Assembly: GCA_965223155.1 (NCBI GenBank)
Contig: CBDCVR010000014.1
Span: 4,575-36,574, forward strand
DNA length: 32,000 nt
Reading direction: 5' to 3'
Source of the DNA: Candidatus Multivoradales bacterium
GTDB taxonomy: Bacteria; Acidobacteriota; Thermoanaerobaculia; Multivoradales; JAHEKO01
The notes under the pieces were generated by a model. It was not told where the DNA came from. It was given only the letters and a program-made list of their open reading frames with translations, and made no database searches. Positions 1 through 8,891 of this stretch are shown here, in pieces (within the stretch, counting starts at the first letter, position 1; each line of letters begins with the position of its first letter). Both the position numbers and the translations under genes were made by a program.

Positions 1-2493
1 CACTTGTCCGGCTTCCACGACCTTGTCGAGCAAAAAGCCATTGGGGTCGACGACGGCGAGGGAGCGAATGCGCTCGCCGGGCTGCGTTTCAGCGCCCGCA
101 TCATCCGTCTGGCGAGCTGGCCTCTGTGGGTCAAAGCTAAAGCGCAAGCCCGCCACCTGCGGGAACTGCCCCGGCGTATCGCCGGGTTCCGAGGCTGCTA
201 CGGCATGCTCCGCCAGGGTCTTCAACTCCTGCGCCGTGATCGTCAGGAGGGTCAGGCCGTTGTTAAAACGCAGCGAATTTTCAATATCGAGCTGCGAGAT
301 TTGTCCCGCTTCCTTGCCGGATAAGGCATTCGCCTGAGTCGGCAACAGCTCGCCCGTATCCCCGTCAATAAAGCCGATTTCAGCGCGAATGCCGCCGCCG
401 TTCTTAATCGAGATGACCGTCGCGGCGTCCGTCTGCCTGGCCATCGCCAAGTTGGCGTCGGCCGTCAGGTTGCCGAGGTTGGTTTCCTCCGTGCGCACGA
501 AATCGCGGCGGCCTTCGAGAAAGACCATACTGCGCCCGAAGACATTGCCGTCCTTGTCGGTGACCACACCTTCGATGGCGTCGGTCAAGCGCTTGACCTG
601 CGCCCCCTTCGCGCCGTCGGCAAATGGCGCATCGAGATTGCCCCACAGCGACTGCACGCCGTCGCTGTCCGTGGGATAGGCGTCATTGACCGCCGGGTTC
701 AAATGATCGGCGAGGAGGACGCCATTGGCGTCGAAATCCACCACCAGCCGCCCGACGTAGGCATATTCGCCAGGCGTGCTGACGATCAGCGCCGGGTCGC
801 CGTCCAGATTGGTCGTGACAATGGGATAGGCGCGATCGGCCGTATCGCCGCTTCGCAGCCGCTCCGTATTGTTGGCCAGCAGCGTATCCCCGCCCCCGGC
901 CACAGCGATGTCCACGCCGCTCAGCAGCGGTATCAGCTCTTCTTCGAGGCTGATTTGCTGCAAATGCGTCACCAAGATGATTTTGTCGATATCGTCAGCC
1001 GTTCCCAGCGCGCCGTCATCGCCTTGGCGCGCCGTATCGATCGCCGGTTGCAAAATGCTCGCTAGCGCTACCATGTCATCACTGCCGCCCCCTGGCTCTC
1101 GCACCTGCACGCCGCCCGGCGACGTAATCGAGTCGAGTTTAGGCGTCGTGCCGCCGATCACCGCCGCTCGTTCACCATTGCCGAGGTCGATGATGGTGTA
1201 TGGCGCAATCTTAGGCGCGGCGCCAGCCGCGCCGAGATCGTCCGGCGTCGACTGAAAGGCGGTGTTGGGCAGGACTTGATTGGTGAACAAACCACTGAGA
1301 TTGCCGTCGCCGGCAAAGTCCAAGTTGGCGCTGAGGTAGGGGAATTGCGCGCCCAACCAACGGACATCGCCCAGCGTATCGCCGCGAATATCGGTCCCGA
1401 TAATATCGCTTAAAATAGAAGTTCCGGCGTCGAACTCGTGATTGCCGAGGGCCGAGGCGTCAAAGCCGATGATGTTCATAATGGTGATATCGGCGCGTCC
1501 GCCGGCTTCGCGGATATTGTTCAACGACCCGTCGGGCAGCCCGAACAGCGTGTCGTGAACGCCCTGAAACACCGGGCGCAGCGCCCCGTCGCCAGCAGCC
1601 GAAAAGAACGGCCCTGGAATATAGTTGTCGCCCGCCGAAAGCAGAATCGAGGGGCCAGAAGCGTCCTGCTCCAGGGCCTCGACCACCGCCGCAAAGTTGG
1701 GGGCGTCGCCGACGGCGTCAACGCCGCCTTCCAAGTCAGAGGCGTGCAGGAGCTGCAAGCGAGAGTCAGCCAGCGTGTCAACCACGACATCGTCGAAGCC
1801 TATATTAATATCGACGACAATGGTTTGCGTTGGGGTCTCAACCTCGATCACGAGGCCGCCATCCCCGAGCGTCACAACAATCGTCACCAGCGCGTCGAGC
1901 ACCGCATCGAGTCCCTCGCCATTAGCGGCGAAATTCGAGTCGCTAAACAGATCAATTTGTTCGAGATCGCGCAGCCCGGCGACGCGCATCTCATTGGCCA
2001 GGTTGGCGATGATCGTTACTGATGCCGCCTCGACATCGGCGGCGGCGAAAGGCTGCGTCGGCCCCCAGCCGTCGAAAATGGCCGTGAGATCGGCGACGCC
2101 CGCGGCCAGCTTTATCACCAGGTCCGTGAGGCCCGTGACGTGCGCCGTAACGGCATTGCCTATGATCGTTGCGACGTAGGAGTAGAGCGTCAATTGCCCA
2201 TCTTCACTCACCGCCCGAATGAACAAAGGCGCTTGCGCCTCGATGTCGACCGTGAACGCGCCGTTGGCGTCCGTGACGACAGGGGTGGACGTGGTCCCTC
2301 GCCCATTGACAATGACCACCGTGGCGTTGACCAGGGCGCGACCGTTGGCGACGATGCCGGACACGGTAATCGTGTCGTTGTCACCGTCGTCGTCTGAACA
2401 TCCAGCCACCATCAAGGCAATGGCAATAAGTACGGCAAGATAGAACCACAACCCGCGCCGATGCGCGCCATAGGGCTTGTGAGACATAGACAT
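1..2493 (-). CDS. 5'-nucleotidase / 2',3'-cyclic phosphodiesterase family metallophosphatase, lipoprotein-like signal; 3' end off the window
   Basis: Reading the minus strand from ATG at 2493 gives MSMSHKPYGAHRRGLWFYLAVLIAIALMVAGCSDDDG..., then LLHASDLEGGVD, LLSAGDNYIPG, ALGNHEFDAG, and C-terminal NLTADANLAMAR...SIKNGGGIRAEI, motifs of the 5'-nucleotidase family. Open to base 1. Missing from the ORF track, probably because it has no stop in the window. Confidence 0.88.
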   Translation of the reverse strand, partial: MSMSHKPYGAHRRGLWFYLAVLIAIALMVAGCSDDDGDNDTITVSGIVANGRALVNATVVIVNGRGTTSTPVVTDANGAFTVDIEAQAPLFIRAVSEDGQLTLYSYVATIIGNAVTAHVTGLTDLVIKLAAGVADLTAIFDGWGPTQPFAAADVEAASVTIIANLANEMRVAGLRDLEQIDLFSDSNFAANGEGLDAVLDALVTIVVTLGDGGLVIEVETPTQTIVVDINIGFDDVVVDTLADSRLQLLHASDLEGGVDAVGDAPNFAAVVEALEQDASGPSILLSAGDNYIPGPFFSAAGDGALRPVFQGVHDTLFGLPDGSLNNIREAGGRADITIMNIIGFDASALGNHEFDAGTSILSDIIGTDIRGDTLGDVRWLGAQFPYLSANLDFAGDGNLSGLFTNQVLPNTAFQSTPDDLGAAGAAPKIAPYTIIDLGNGERAAVIGGTTPKLDSITSPGGVQVREPGGGSDDMVALASILQPAIDTARQGDDGALGTADDIDKIILVTHLQQISLEEELIPLLSGVDIAVAGGGDTLLANNTERLRSGDTADRAYPIVTTNLDGDPALIVSTPGEYAYVGRLVVDFDANGVLLADHLNPAVNDAYPTDSDGVQSLWGNLDAPFADGAKGAQVKRLTDAIEGVVTDKDGNVFGRSMVFLEGRRDFVRTEETNLGNLTADANLAMARQTDAATVISIKNGGGIRAEIGFIDGDTGELLPTQANALSGKEAGQISQLDIENSLRFNNGLTLLTITAQELKTLAEHAVAASEPGDTPGQFPQVAGLRFSFDPQRPARQTDDAGAETQPGERIRSLAVVDPNGFLLDKVVEAGQV

Positions 2494-2763
2494 AGGCTGA
2501 CACTCCTCATCGCAATCGTGTCATCAGCAAACAGCGACCAAGGTTTGAGACAAACAGCCGAGCTTATCAAGCGTTTATGAAGTTAGAGTTAGGATATGGT
2601 TTGAATACGGTGAGGATTTTTCGCGCGCCCATACGGTCAAGACGGCTTCCGATTATGACGCAGCATCGGGTCAAGGGCCTTGCATCAACAGGCCCGCGAA
2701 GGGAAATCGACAATCCCGATGCGACGCCATAGCGGGTTTAAATGAGATTGTCTATGACAATGT

Positions 2764-4044
2764 CTATTTGGGTAACAGCTTCTGCACGTCCCGCGCCATC
2801 TCTTCCAGAACCTTCTCAGGTTCATCGATGCGGCTGCCGGAGACGATGGACTGCATGTCATCAAAAATTACCTTGGTAATTTTCAACCCGTTCTTGCCGG
2901 GAAAGGCGTACCAGGTGCGCAGCAGCGGCAGTTGCTTCACGGCCGTGAAGTTGTTCGGATGCTCAGCGTAAAAATCCTTGAGGTAGACCTCGTTGGCCTT
3001 CTTGTTGGGCGGCATGTAGCCGGTGGTTTGCGCCACCACCGCGGCGCCGCGGCCGGAAGTGGCGAATTTGAGGAAGGTCCAGGCGGCGTTTTGCTTGGCC
3101 GGGTCCGTGGTCAGGAGCATGCCGGCGTTGCCGCCAGCGGGCAAACCCACGACATCGGGGTTGCCGTCTTTCAGCTCGTAGCCGGGAAAGAGCGCGGTCT
3201 TGAGTTCGAACTTGTCGCCTTTTTCCTCGGTGATCTTGGCCAAGCGCGAGGTGGACCAGAAAAACATGCCCATTTGCCCGGCGGAAAAAGGCGCGACAGC
3301 CTCTTTGACACTGTAGTTGGGCATCTTGCATGCTTTGGCCAGTTTGGCGAAGGTCTGCATAGCCAGTTTGCCGGTGTCGTTGCCGAAGTTGACGCTCTTT
3401 TCGTCCGCCGTCAGCATGGTGTTGTCGCGCGACCAGTTGAGCGCCTGCCAGAACCAGTTGCCGGTGATATTCCAGCCCCAAAACATGGTGTCGACCTCGG
3501 GAACGTTAGCTTCGATCATCTTGCACAACTCGATGACTTCATCCCAGGTTTTGGGCAGCTCTTTGCTCCACCCCGCTTTTTTGACGATGTCCATGTTGTA
3601 GTAGGCAATGGGGAGCGAGATGGAGAAGGGCAGACCGTAGACCTGGCCGTCAAACTTGCTGAGGTCTAACATGGCCTGGTGATAGCCGTCTTTGAAGAAC
3701 TGATCGCCTTCTTCTTGAATGAAGGGTTCGAGCGATTGCGCAATGCCTTTTTCCACCAAAATGCGTTGGCGATTGAGCCCCTGGAAGGTGATGTCCGGGG
3801 CTTTTTTGGTGATGGCCTCTTTGAGGACTTTTTGCGAGCCGTCTTCGTAGGACTCGTAGGGCGAACGGAATTTGACTTTAATATTGGGGTGATCCTTTTC
3901 GAATTCTTCCCCAATAATCTTGTACGTCTCATTGAACAAGACGCCGTAGGGGTATTGCACTTCGATGGTGATGTCTTCTGCGGAGGCGGCGCTGGCGAAA
4001 GCCAGGAACACAGCGCTCAATAGGAATAGCAGTCGATGCAGCAT
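2764..4044 (-). CDS. Carbohydrate/glycerol-phosphate-type ABC transporter solute-binding protein (UgpB/MalE class)
   Basis: Start at MLHRLLFLLSAVFLAFASAASAED (signal peptide) with AGGAG upstream. The 617-aa track ORF is an upstream extension into the permease gene. Contains ...VPEVDTMFWGWNITG..., LPAGGNAGMLLTTDPAKQNAAWTFLKF and TWYAFPGKNGLKI. Confidence 0.88.
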   Translation of the reverse strand: MLHRLLFLLSAVFLAFASAASAEDITIEVQYPYGVLFNETYKIIGEEFEKDHPNIKVKFRSPYESYEDGSQKVLKEAITKKAPDITFQGLNRQRILVEKGIAQSLEPFIQEEGDQFFKDGYHQAMLDLSKFDGQVYGLPFSISLPIAYYNMDIVKKAGWSKELPKTWDEVIELCKMIEANVPEVDTMFWGWNITGNWFWQALNWSRDNTMLTADEKSVNFGNDTGKLAMQTFAKLAKACKMPNYSVKEAVAPFSAGQMGMFFWSTSRLAKITEEKGDKFELKTALFPGYELKDGNPDVVGLPAGGNAGMLLTTDPAKQNAAWTFLKFATSGRGAAVVAQTTGYMPPNKKANEVYLKDFYAEHPNNFTAVKQLPLLRTWYAFPGKNGLKITKVIFDDMQSIVSGSRIDEPEKVLEEMARDVQKLLPK

Positions 4045-4061
4045 GCTGGAATCTCCTTTTC

Positions 4062-4886
4062 TCACTTCATGCCAGTGAAGGTAATGCCTTCGATGAAACG
4101 CCGCTGCGCCAATAAGAAGGCGATCACCAGCGGCGCGATGATGATGGCGGCGGTCGCCATCAGAGGACCGTAACTCGAGCCCCATTCCTCGTTGCGAAAA
4201 TTGGCCACGCCTAGCGGCGGGGTGTAGAACGTCTCGCTCGACAGCACAATCAGGGGCCAGAAATAATCGTTCCAGTGCGCCACCACGGAGAAAATGCCAA
4301 AGGCGATGAGGGCCGGGATGGCGGTGGGCAACATGACGCGCCAGACGATGCCGAATTCGCTGATGCCGTCCATGCGGGCGGCGTCGACGAGGTCGTCGGG
4401 CACGGTTTTGAAAAACTGCCGCATGAGAAAAATGCCGAAGACCGAAATCGTCCATGGGACGATGAGGGCGGCGTAGGAATCGAGAATGCCAATCTTGAAA
4501 AACAGCAAGTACAGTGGAATGGCGATGGTGTGGGGCGGAATGAGCAGGCATAGCAACACCAGGACGAAGACGGCGTCGCGGCCCCACCAGCGCAGCTTGG
4601 CCAGGGCGTAGGCGCATGGCAGGGCGATCAGCACCTGGAGCAAGAAGATGGTGACGGTGACGAAGAGGCCGTTAAGCATGTAGCGCAACAAAGGCTGTTC
4701 GGTAAGGGCTTCGCGATAGTTGGCGAAGTCCGGCATATTGGGCCAAAGCTGCAGCGTCGCCTGATAGATCTCACTCTCGTCTTTGATCGAGGTGGAGAGC
4801 ATCTCGACAAACGGGGCGAGAATGACGACAGCCCCGGCTGCTAGTATCACATGTTTAAGCAGCTCGATGACCCAGTGGCGTTTCAT
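4062..4886 (-). CDS. ABC transporter permease, MalG/UgpE class
   Basis: 274 aa, multiple TM segments, EAA-like loop DAARMDGISEFGIVWRVMLPTAIPALIAFGIFS. Confidence 0.9.
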   Translation of the reverse strand: MKRHWVIELLKHVILAAGAVVILAPFVEMLSTSIKDESEIYQATLQLWPNMPDFANYREALTEQPLLRYMLNGLFVTVTIFLLQVLIALPCAYALAKLRWWGRDAVFVLVLLCLLIPPHTIAIPLYLLFFKIGILDSYAALIVPWTISVFGIFLMRQFFKTVPDDLVDAARMDGISEFGIVWRVMLPTAIPALIAFGIFSVVAHWNDYFWPLIVLSSETFYTPPLGVANFRNEEWGSSYGPLMATAAIIIAPLVIAFLLAQRRFIEGITFTGMK

Positions 4887-5824
4887 GAGTAGTGCACCCG
4901 CCTCTCGATAAAAAAGACTTTGACCAGCGTCAGGATGAAAATGAAGATTAAAAACACCACCGTGAGTCCAGCGGCGTAGCTGGAGCGGAAAAATTCAAAG
5001 GCTTCCTGGTAGATGGCGTAGACGAGCACCATGGAGGCGTTGTCCGGGCCGCCCTGGGTCAGGACGTGCACGGTGTCGAAGACTTGGAACGAGCGGATAG
5101 CGCTGATCACCACCACGAACATGGTGACGGGCGACAACAACGGCCAGGTGACGGTCCAAAAGCGATCCCAGGCGGTGCGGGCGCCGTCGACTTCCAGGGC
5201 GTCGTAGAGATCCCGCGGAATCGAGGTGAGGCCGGCCATAAAGAGCACCATGTTAAAGCCGATAGTCTGCCAGATGGCGATGGCGCACAGCGCGAAAAGC
5301 GCTGTTTCTTTGGTCGTGAGCCAGAAGGGACTGTCGATGCCAAAGAAGCTCAGCGTCAGGGCGAGCAGGCCGAATTTGGGGTGCAGCAAAAACTCCCAGA
5401 CGATGGCCATGGCGATGAGCGTAGACATGACAGGCAGAAAATACACCGAGCGCCAAATGCCTTTGCCAATCGATAAGGACTCGATCAGCAGCGCGGCGCC
5501 GAGTCCCAACACCACCGATCCCGGCACCACAATGGCGGCGTAAATGAAGGTGTTGAGCAGGGCTTTGCGGAACGTTTCCTCGCCTAGCATCTCGCGGTAG
5601 TTGTCGGCGCCGACCCAGGCGAAGTCCGCATCGCCGAGGCTCCAGTCGGTAAACGATAGCGCCACCACAGCGATGACGGGCGCGACGAGCAGCACGGTCA
5701 TGAGGAAGAGGGCGGGGAGCGACAGAGCCCAGCCCGTGAGGTGATCGAGGGCGCGGCGGCTCAGGCTCAGCTTGACGTCAGGCGCCGCTATTGGCAGATC
5801 GAGGACTGCAGTCGGCTTAGCCAC
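4883..5824 (-). CDS. ABC transporter permease, MalF/UgpA class
   Basis: EAA loop DALEVDGARTAWDRFWTVTWPLLSPVTMFVVVISAI. Likely GTG start at 5824 overlapping the ATPase stop (GTGGCTAAG); the track start at 5923 lies inside the ATPase gene. Confidence 0.87.
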   Translation of the reverse strand: MAKPTAVLDLPIAAPDVKLSLSRRALDHLTGWALSLPALFLMTVLLVAPVIAVVALSFTDWSLGDADFAWVGADNYREMLGEETFRKALLNTFIYAAIVVPGSVVLGLGAALLIESLSIGKGIWRSVYFLPVMSTLIAMAIVWEFLLHPKFGLLALTLSFFGIDSPFWLTTKETALFALCAIAIWQTIGFNMVLFMAGLTSIPRDLYDALEVDGARTAWDRFWTVTWPLLSPVTMFVVVISAIRSFQVFDTVHVLTQGGPDNASMVLVYAIYQEAFEFFRSSYAAGLTVVFLIFIFILTLVKVFFIERRVHYS

Positions 5825-7001
5825 GCACGCGCTCCTGTTGCTCGGTCGCTGCGAGGCTTGCCGGCAGGCGGCCGCCATCGGCGTCGAAGAGCAACACATC
5901 CATTGCGTCAAAGGTAATATCAAGGCGATCGCCCACCCGCACTCGCGGCAACAGCGCCGGTGGGATGCGGGCGATGACCGGCTCCGGGCTGTCGGAGTGC
6001 TCCAGGTGCACGAGCCCGTCGGAGCCTAAATTTTCCGTGTGCGTCACTGCGGCGCTACCGCTGTCGCCCCGCGGTTCGGCGACGGACATGGCCTCGGGGC
6101 GAACGCCAGCTTGTAGGCGCGCGCCGGGCGCCGCCTCGGTATCCATGGCGAAGCGCATGCCCGCGATATCGATGGTTTTGGCGTCCACGACGCTGGCCGT
6201 AAAGCGGTTGATTTTCGGGCTGCCGATAAATTCCGCCACGCGCAGATCGGCGGGATGGCGGTAGATGTCGTCCGGCGCGCCGACCTGAATAAGATCGCCG
6301 TCCATCATCACGGCGACGCGATCCGACATGGTCATGGCCTCGGCCTGATCGTGCGTCACGTAAATAAAGGTCACACCGATGCGGCGATGCAGTTGGGCGA
6401 TTTCGGCGCGCATGTGCACCCGCAGTTTGGCGTCGAGATTAGAGAGCGGCTCGTCCATGAGAAAGGCGACTGGACGGCGCACCATGGCGCGGCCAACCGC
6501 GACGCGCTGGCGCTGGCCGCCGGAGAGCTGTCCGGGCTTGCGATGCAGCAAATGGGCGATATCGAGGGTCTCGGCCGCGTCGCGCACCTCGGCGGCAATG
6601 CCGCGCTCAAGGGCGGCTCGGCGCGGCGTCAAGCGCCCGAGCAGCGGCAAGCGGTGATGGAAGCCCAGACGCCGCATGCGCAGAGGCACGGCGATATTGT
6701 CAAAGACGCTGAGATGGGGATAGAGGGCATAGGATTGAAAGACCATGGCGAGGTCGCGGTCGCGCGGCCGCAGGTGGTCCACCGGGCGCTCGCCAATGCG
6801 CAGCGAACCGCTGCTTTGCTGTTCTAAACCGGCGATAATGCGTAGCAAGGTCGACTTGCCGCAGCCCGATGGGCCGACGAGCGTGAGGAATTCGCCGTCT
6901 TCGATCTCGAGGCTGATGTCGCGCAGCACCTGAGTGGCGCCAAAATTTTTGCTGATGTGATGCAGCGATACTTGAGCCATGGGGCGTATCTCGTGGCGCA
7001 T
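5817..7001 (-). CDS. ABC transporter ATP-binding protein, UgpC/MalK class
   Basis: Walker A GPSGCGKST, signature LSGGQRQRVAVGRA, Walker B VAFLMDEPLSNLDAKLR, H-loop THDQAEAM, C-terminal TOBE-like region. True start may be the internal M (MAQVSLHH). Confidence 0.94.
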   Translation of the reverse strand: MRHEIRPMAQVSLHHISKNFGATQVLRDISLEIEDGEFLTLVGPSGCGKSTLLRIIAGLEQQSSGSLRIGERPVDHLRPRDRDLAMVFQSYALYPHLSVFDNIAVPLRMRRLGFHHRLPLLGRLTPRRAALERGIAAEVRDAAETLDIAHLLHRKPGQLSGGQRQRVAVGRAMVRRPVAFLMDEPLSNLDAKLRVHMRAEIAQLHRRIGVTFIYVTHDQAEAMTMSDRVAVMMDGDLIQVGAPDDIYRHPADLRVAEFIGSPKINRFTASVVDAKTIDIAGMRFAMDTEAAPGARLQAGVRPEAMSVAEPRGDSGSAAVTHTENLGSDGLVHLEHSDSPEPVIARIPPALLPRVRVGDRLDITFDAMDVLLFDADGGRLPASLAATEQQERVRG

Positions 7002-7056
7002 GTGGGTTAACGTCTCTATCGGGGTGTCCTTAGCATGACATAGGTTTATGGGCGTA

Positions 7057-7075
7057 GGATAAAGACCAGGTTAAG
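7057..7075 (-). promoter_or_regulatory. Candidate Pho-box-like 11-bp-spaced direct repeat upstream of the ABC importer operon (CTTAACCT-GGT-CTTTATCC on the minus strand)
   Basis: Plus-strand GGATAAAG-ACC-AGGTTAAG, two 8-mers 11 bp apart, upstream of the ATPase start at 7001. Confidence 0.35.
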
Positions 7076-7165
7076 AAATGATGAAGACGAGGTGGTTTCG
7101 TCTTATCGAGACTGAACTCATTGCTGGGGTTTAACCATGGCGTCGAGGCGCTGTTGGAAACTCAT

Positions 7166-8806
7166 TTAGTTGGCGGCGCCACTCCAATCGAGCCGCATAT
7201 CCCAGCGGAAGGCGCGAGACGGCGGCAGCGTCGGAGCGGTGCGATTGTCCACGTGTTGGTAGACGTTTGGAGGCGGCGTCACGGTGGCGTCGCGGCCATA
7301 GATGAAATCTTGGTCGTCGACGATGACGCGGTAGGCTTTATTCAACATCAGGGCGCGTTGTCTCGACGGCGTGATCAGGTCGTAGACGTCCCTGGCTTGT
7401 TCGACGTTTTGGCGATTGACGGAGCCGTCCGGGTGAAACCAGCGCTGAAACATTTCCGCATTGCTGCGAAATTCGCCGCCGCCGCCGACGCGCTCAAAAT
7501 AAGTGGCGATTTCACCGCGTGTTTCGCCGTGATTCGGGGCGTCCGGCATGCCTTTGAGATTGATGTAGCCCCAACCCTTAGCGCCGTCGATTTTGCGGGC
7601 GAAGCTGAAGGTCTTGTCAATGGTGGCGCCGACGGAACTGTGACAACCCATGCAAAAGAAATTTTCCTCATAGGTGCTCACGCGCAAGCGCCCTGTTTTG
7701 TCTTCGATAAATCCTTGAATCGACCAGCCGCTGCCATTGTCTAGGCCGTGATGCCCCACGTTGTGATAGCCCGGCAGGTTGCCCGCTTCTTTCTCGAATG
7801 ATTCAAGTTGATAGCGCCGCGCGTAAACGGACTTGGAATAATGCCGCCATTTGCGCATATAACGCACTTCTTTCATGCGCGTCGAGACGGTGATTTCGTC
7901 GTTGTCGCCGATCCCGACATACCTGACAGTGTGCATAAATTCCGTGTGCGCCGGATAGATGTGCGGCGTGACTTGGGCCCCTGCCGCCGCGCCAACGTAT
8001 TGGTCGACTTGGGTAATGCGGTCGATGACGCCGAGCGCCGCATCGCCATTGAGATCCCGCCCTACGCGGCGTTCGTCAACGGGGAGCGAGCCGATAGCGT
8101 TGACGCCCTTGATATTGGCTTCCAGAATGGCGAGGTTCGCTTTGTAGATGTCGGGCGAATAGTGGCCTTGCGCGTCCGTGCGATACGCTTCCGGCAGGCG
8201 GATCATCACGTCATCGGTCGAACCATTGGTGGGCCAAAAGGTGCTGGGCAAGGGCTTGTAATTAAAAGCGGCCCAGCGGCTGCCGTCCCTGGCGAAGCCC
8301 TGTTCGTCAAAGGCGTCTGCGCCCTGGTGCAGATTCGCCAAATCCGGTATCCAGCCCTGAAACTGCGCGGCTCGCAGCCGGTCCGGCAGCTCGGAGTAAT
8401 TGTCCTGATTGATATAGGCGAGGATCGCCGCGTCGCTGATTTGCGCCACGCGTTCAGAGCGATCCTCAAACAAGTTGTTCCAGCGATTCGTCATGCCTAG
8501 ATCGCTAAAGCTATAGGCCACTTGCAGATCGCCGTCATTCATGACGTTTTCGCGCCCTGCGATGGCGTTTTGGTGGCAGATGTAGCACGGGTTGTAGCGG
8601 CCTTCGGTGCGCGTGTAGCACTGCGGCGGAATGATCGCTTCCCGGTTGTAGACGGTTTTCAGGGGGTGCACATCGGGGGCGAACGGGATAATGGCGGGGC
8701 GCTCCCGCAGCGCTTGTAGAACTTGCTCATGCCATGCGGCGGGCGTTTGGGCGTTGGCAGCGTAAGTCAGGCAGAGGATGCAGCAGGCCAGGATGAGGCG
8801 ATACAT
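7166..8806 (-). CDS. Exported two-CxxCH cytochrome-like protein of unknown function
   Basis: Signal peptide MYRLILACCILCLTYAANAQ; heme-binding motifs CYICH and CMGCH. Confidence 0.65.
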   Translation of the reverse strand: MYRLILACCILCLTYAANAQTPAAWHEQVLQALRERPAIIPFAPDVHPLKTVYNREAIIPPQCYTRTEGRYNPCYICHQNAIAGRENVMNDGDLQVAYSFSDLGMTNRWNNLFEDRSERVAQISDAAILAYINQDNYSELPDRLRAAQFQGWIPDLANLHQGADAFDEQGFARDGSRWAAFNYKPLPSTFWPTNGSTDDVMIRLPEAYRTDAQGHYSPDIYKANLAILEANIKGVNAIGSLPVDERRVGRDLNGDAALGVIDRITQVDQYVGAAAGAQVTPHIYPAHTEFMHTVRYVGIGDNDEITVSTRMKEVRYMRKWRHYSKSVYARRYQLESFEKEAGNLPGYHNVGHHGLDNGSGWSIQGFIEDKTGRLRVSTYEENFFCMGCHSSVGATIDKTFSFARKIDGAKGWGYINLKGMPDAPNHGETRGEIATYFERVGGGGEFRSNAEMFQRWFHPDGSVNRQNVEQARDVYDLITPSRQRALMLNKAYRVIVDDQDFIYGRDATVTPPPNVYQHVDNRTAPTLPPSRAFRWDMRLDWSGAAN

Positions 8807-8835
8807 CTTTGTGAGACCTTATTGTTGGGTAGACA

Positions 8836-8860
8836 ACGCCTGCCCCGTACGGGCAGGCGT
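8836..8860 (-). terminator. Strong hairpin between the PhoX-like and cytochrome-like genes, possible attenuator or processing stem
   Basis: Perfect 10-bp stem acgcctgccc-cgtac-gggcaggcgt; no clear U-run. Confidence 0.4.
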
Positions 8861-8891
8861 CAAGTGATCGGATACGTCGATGTGAGGGACG

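Noticed and set aside
2500-2763. Possible Pho box upstream of the 5'-nucleotidase (CCTAACTCTAACTTCATAAACG on the minus strand)
   Set aside because: Match to the CTTAACCT-type repeat is too weak to list as a site.
4045-4617. N-terminal ~190 aa of the 617-aa minus ORF
   Set aside because: Arginine/histidine-rich shadow of the permease gene on the same strand; a signal peptide and RBS place the real start at 4044.
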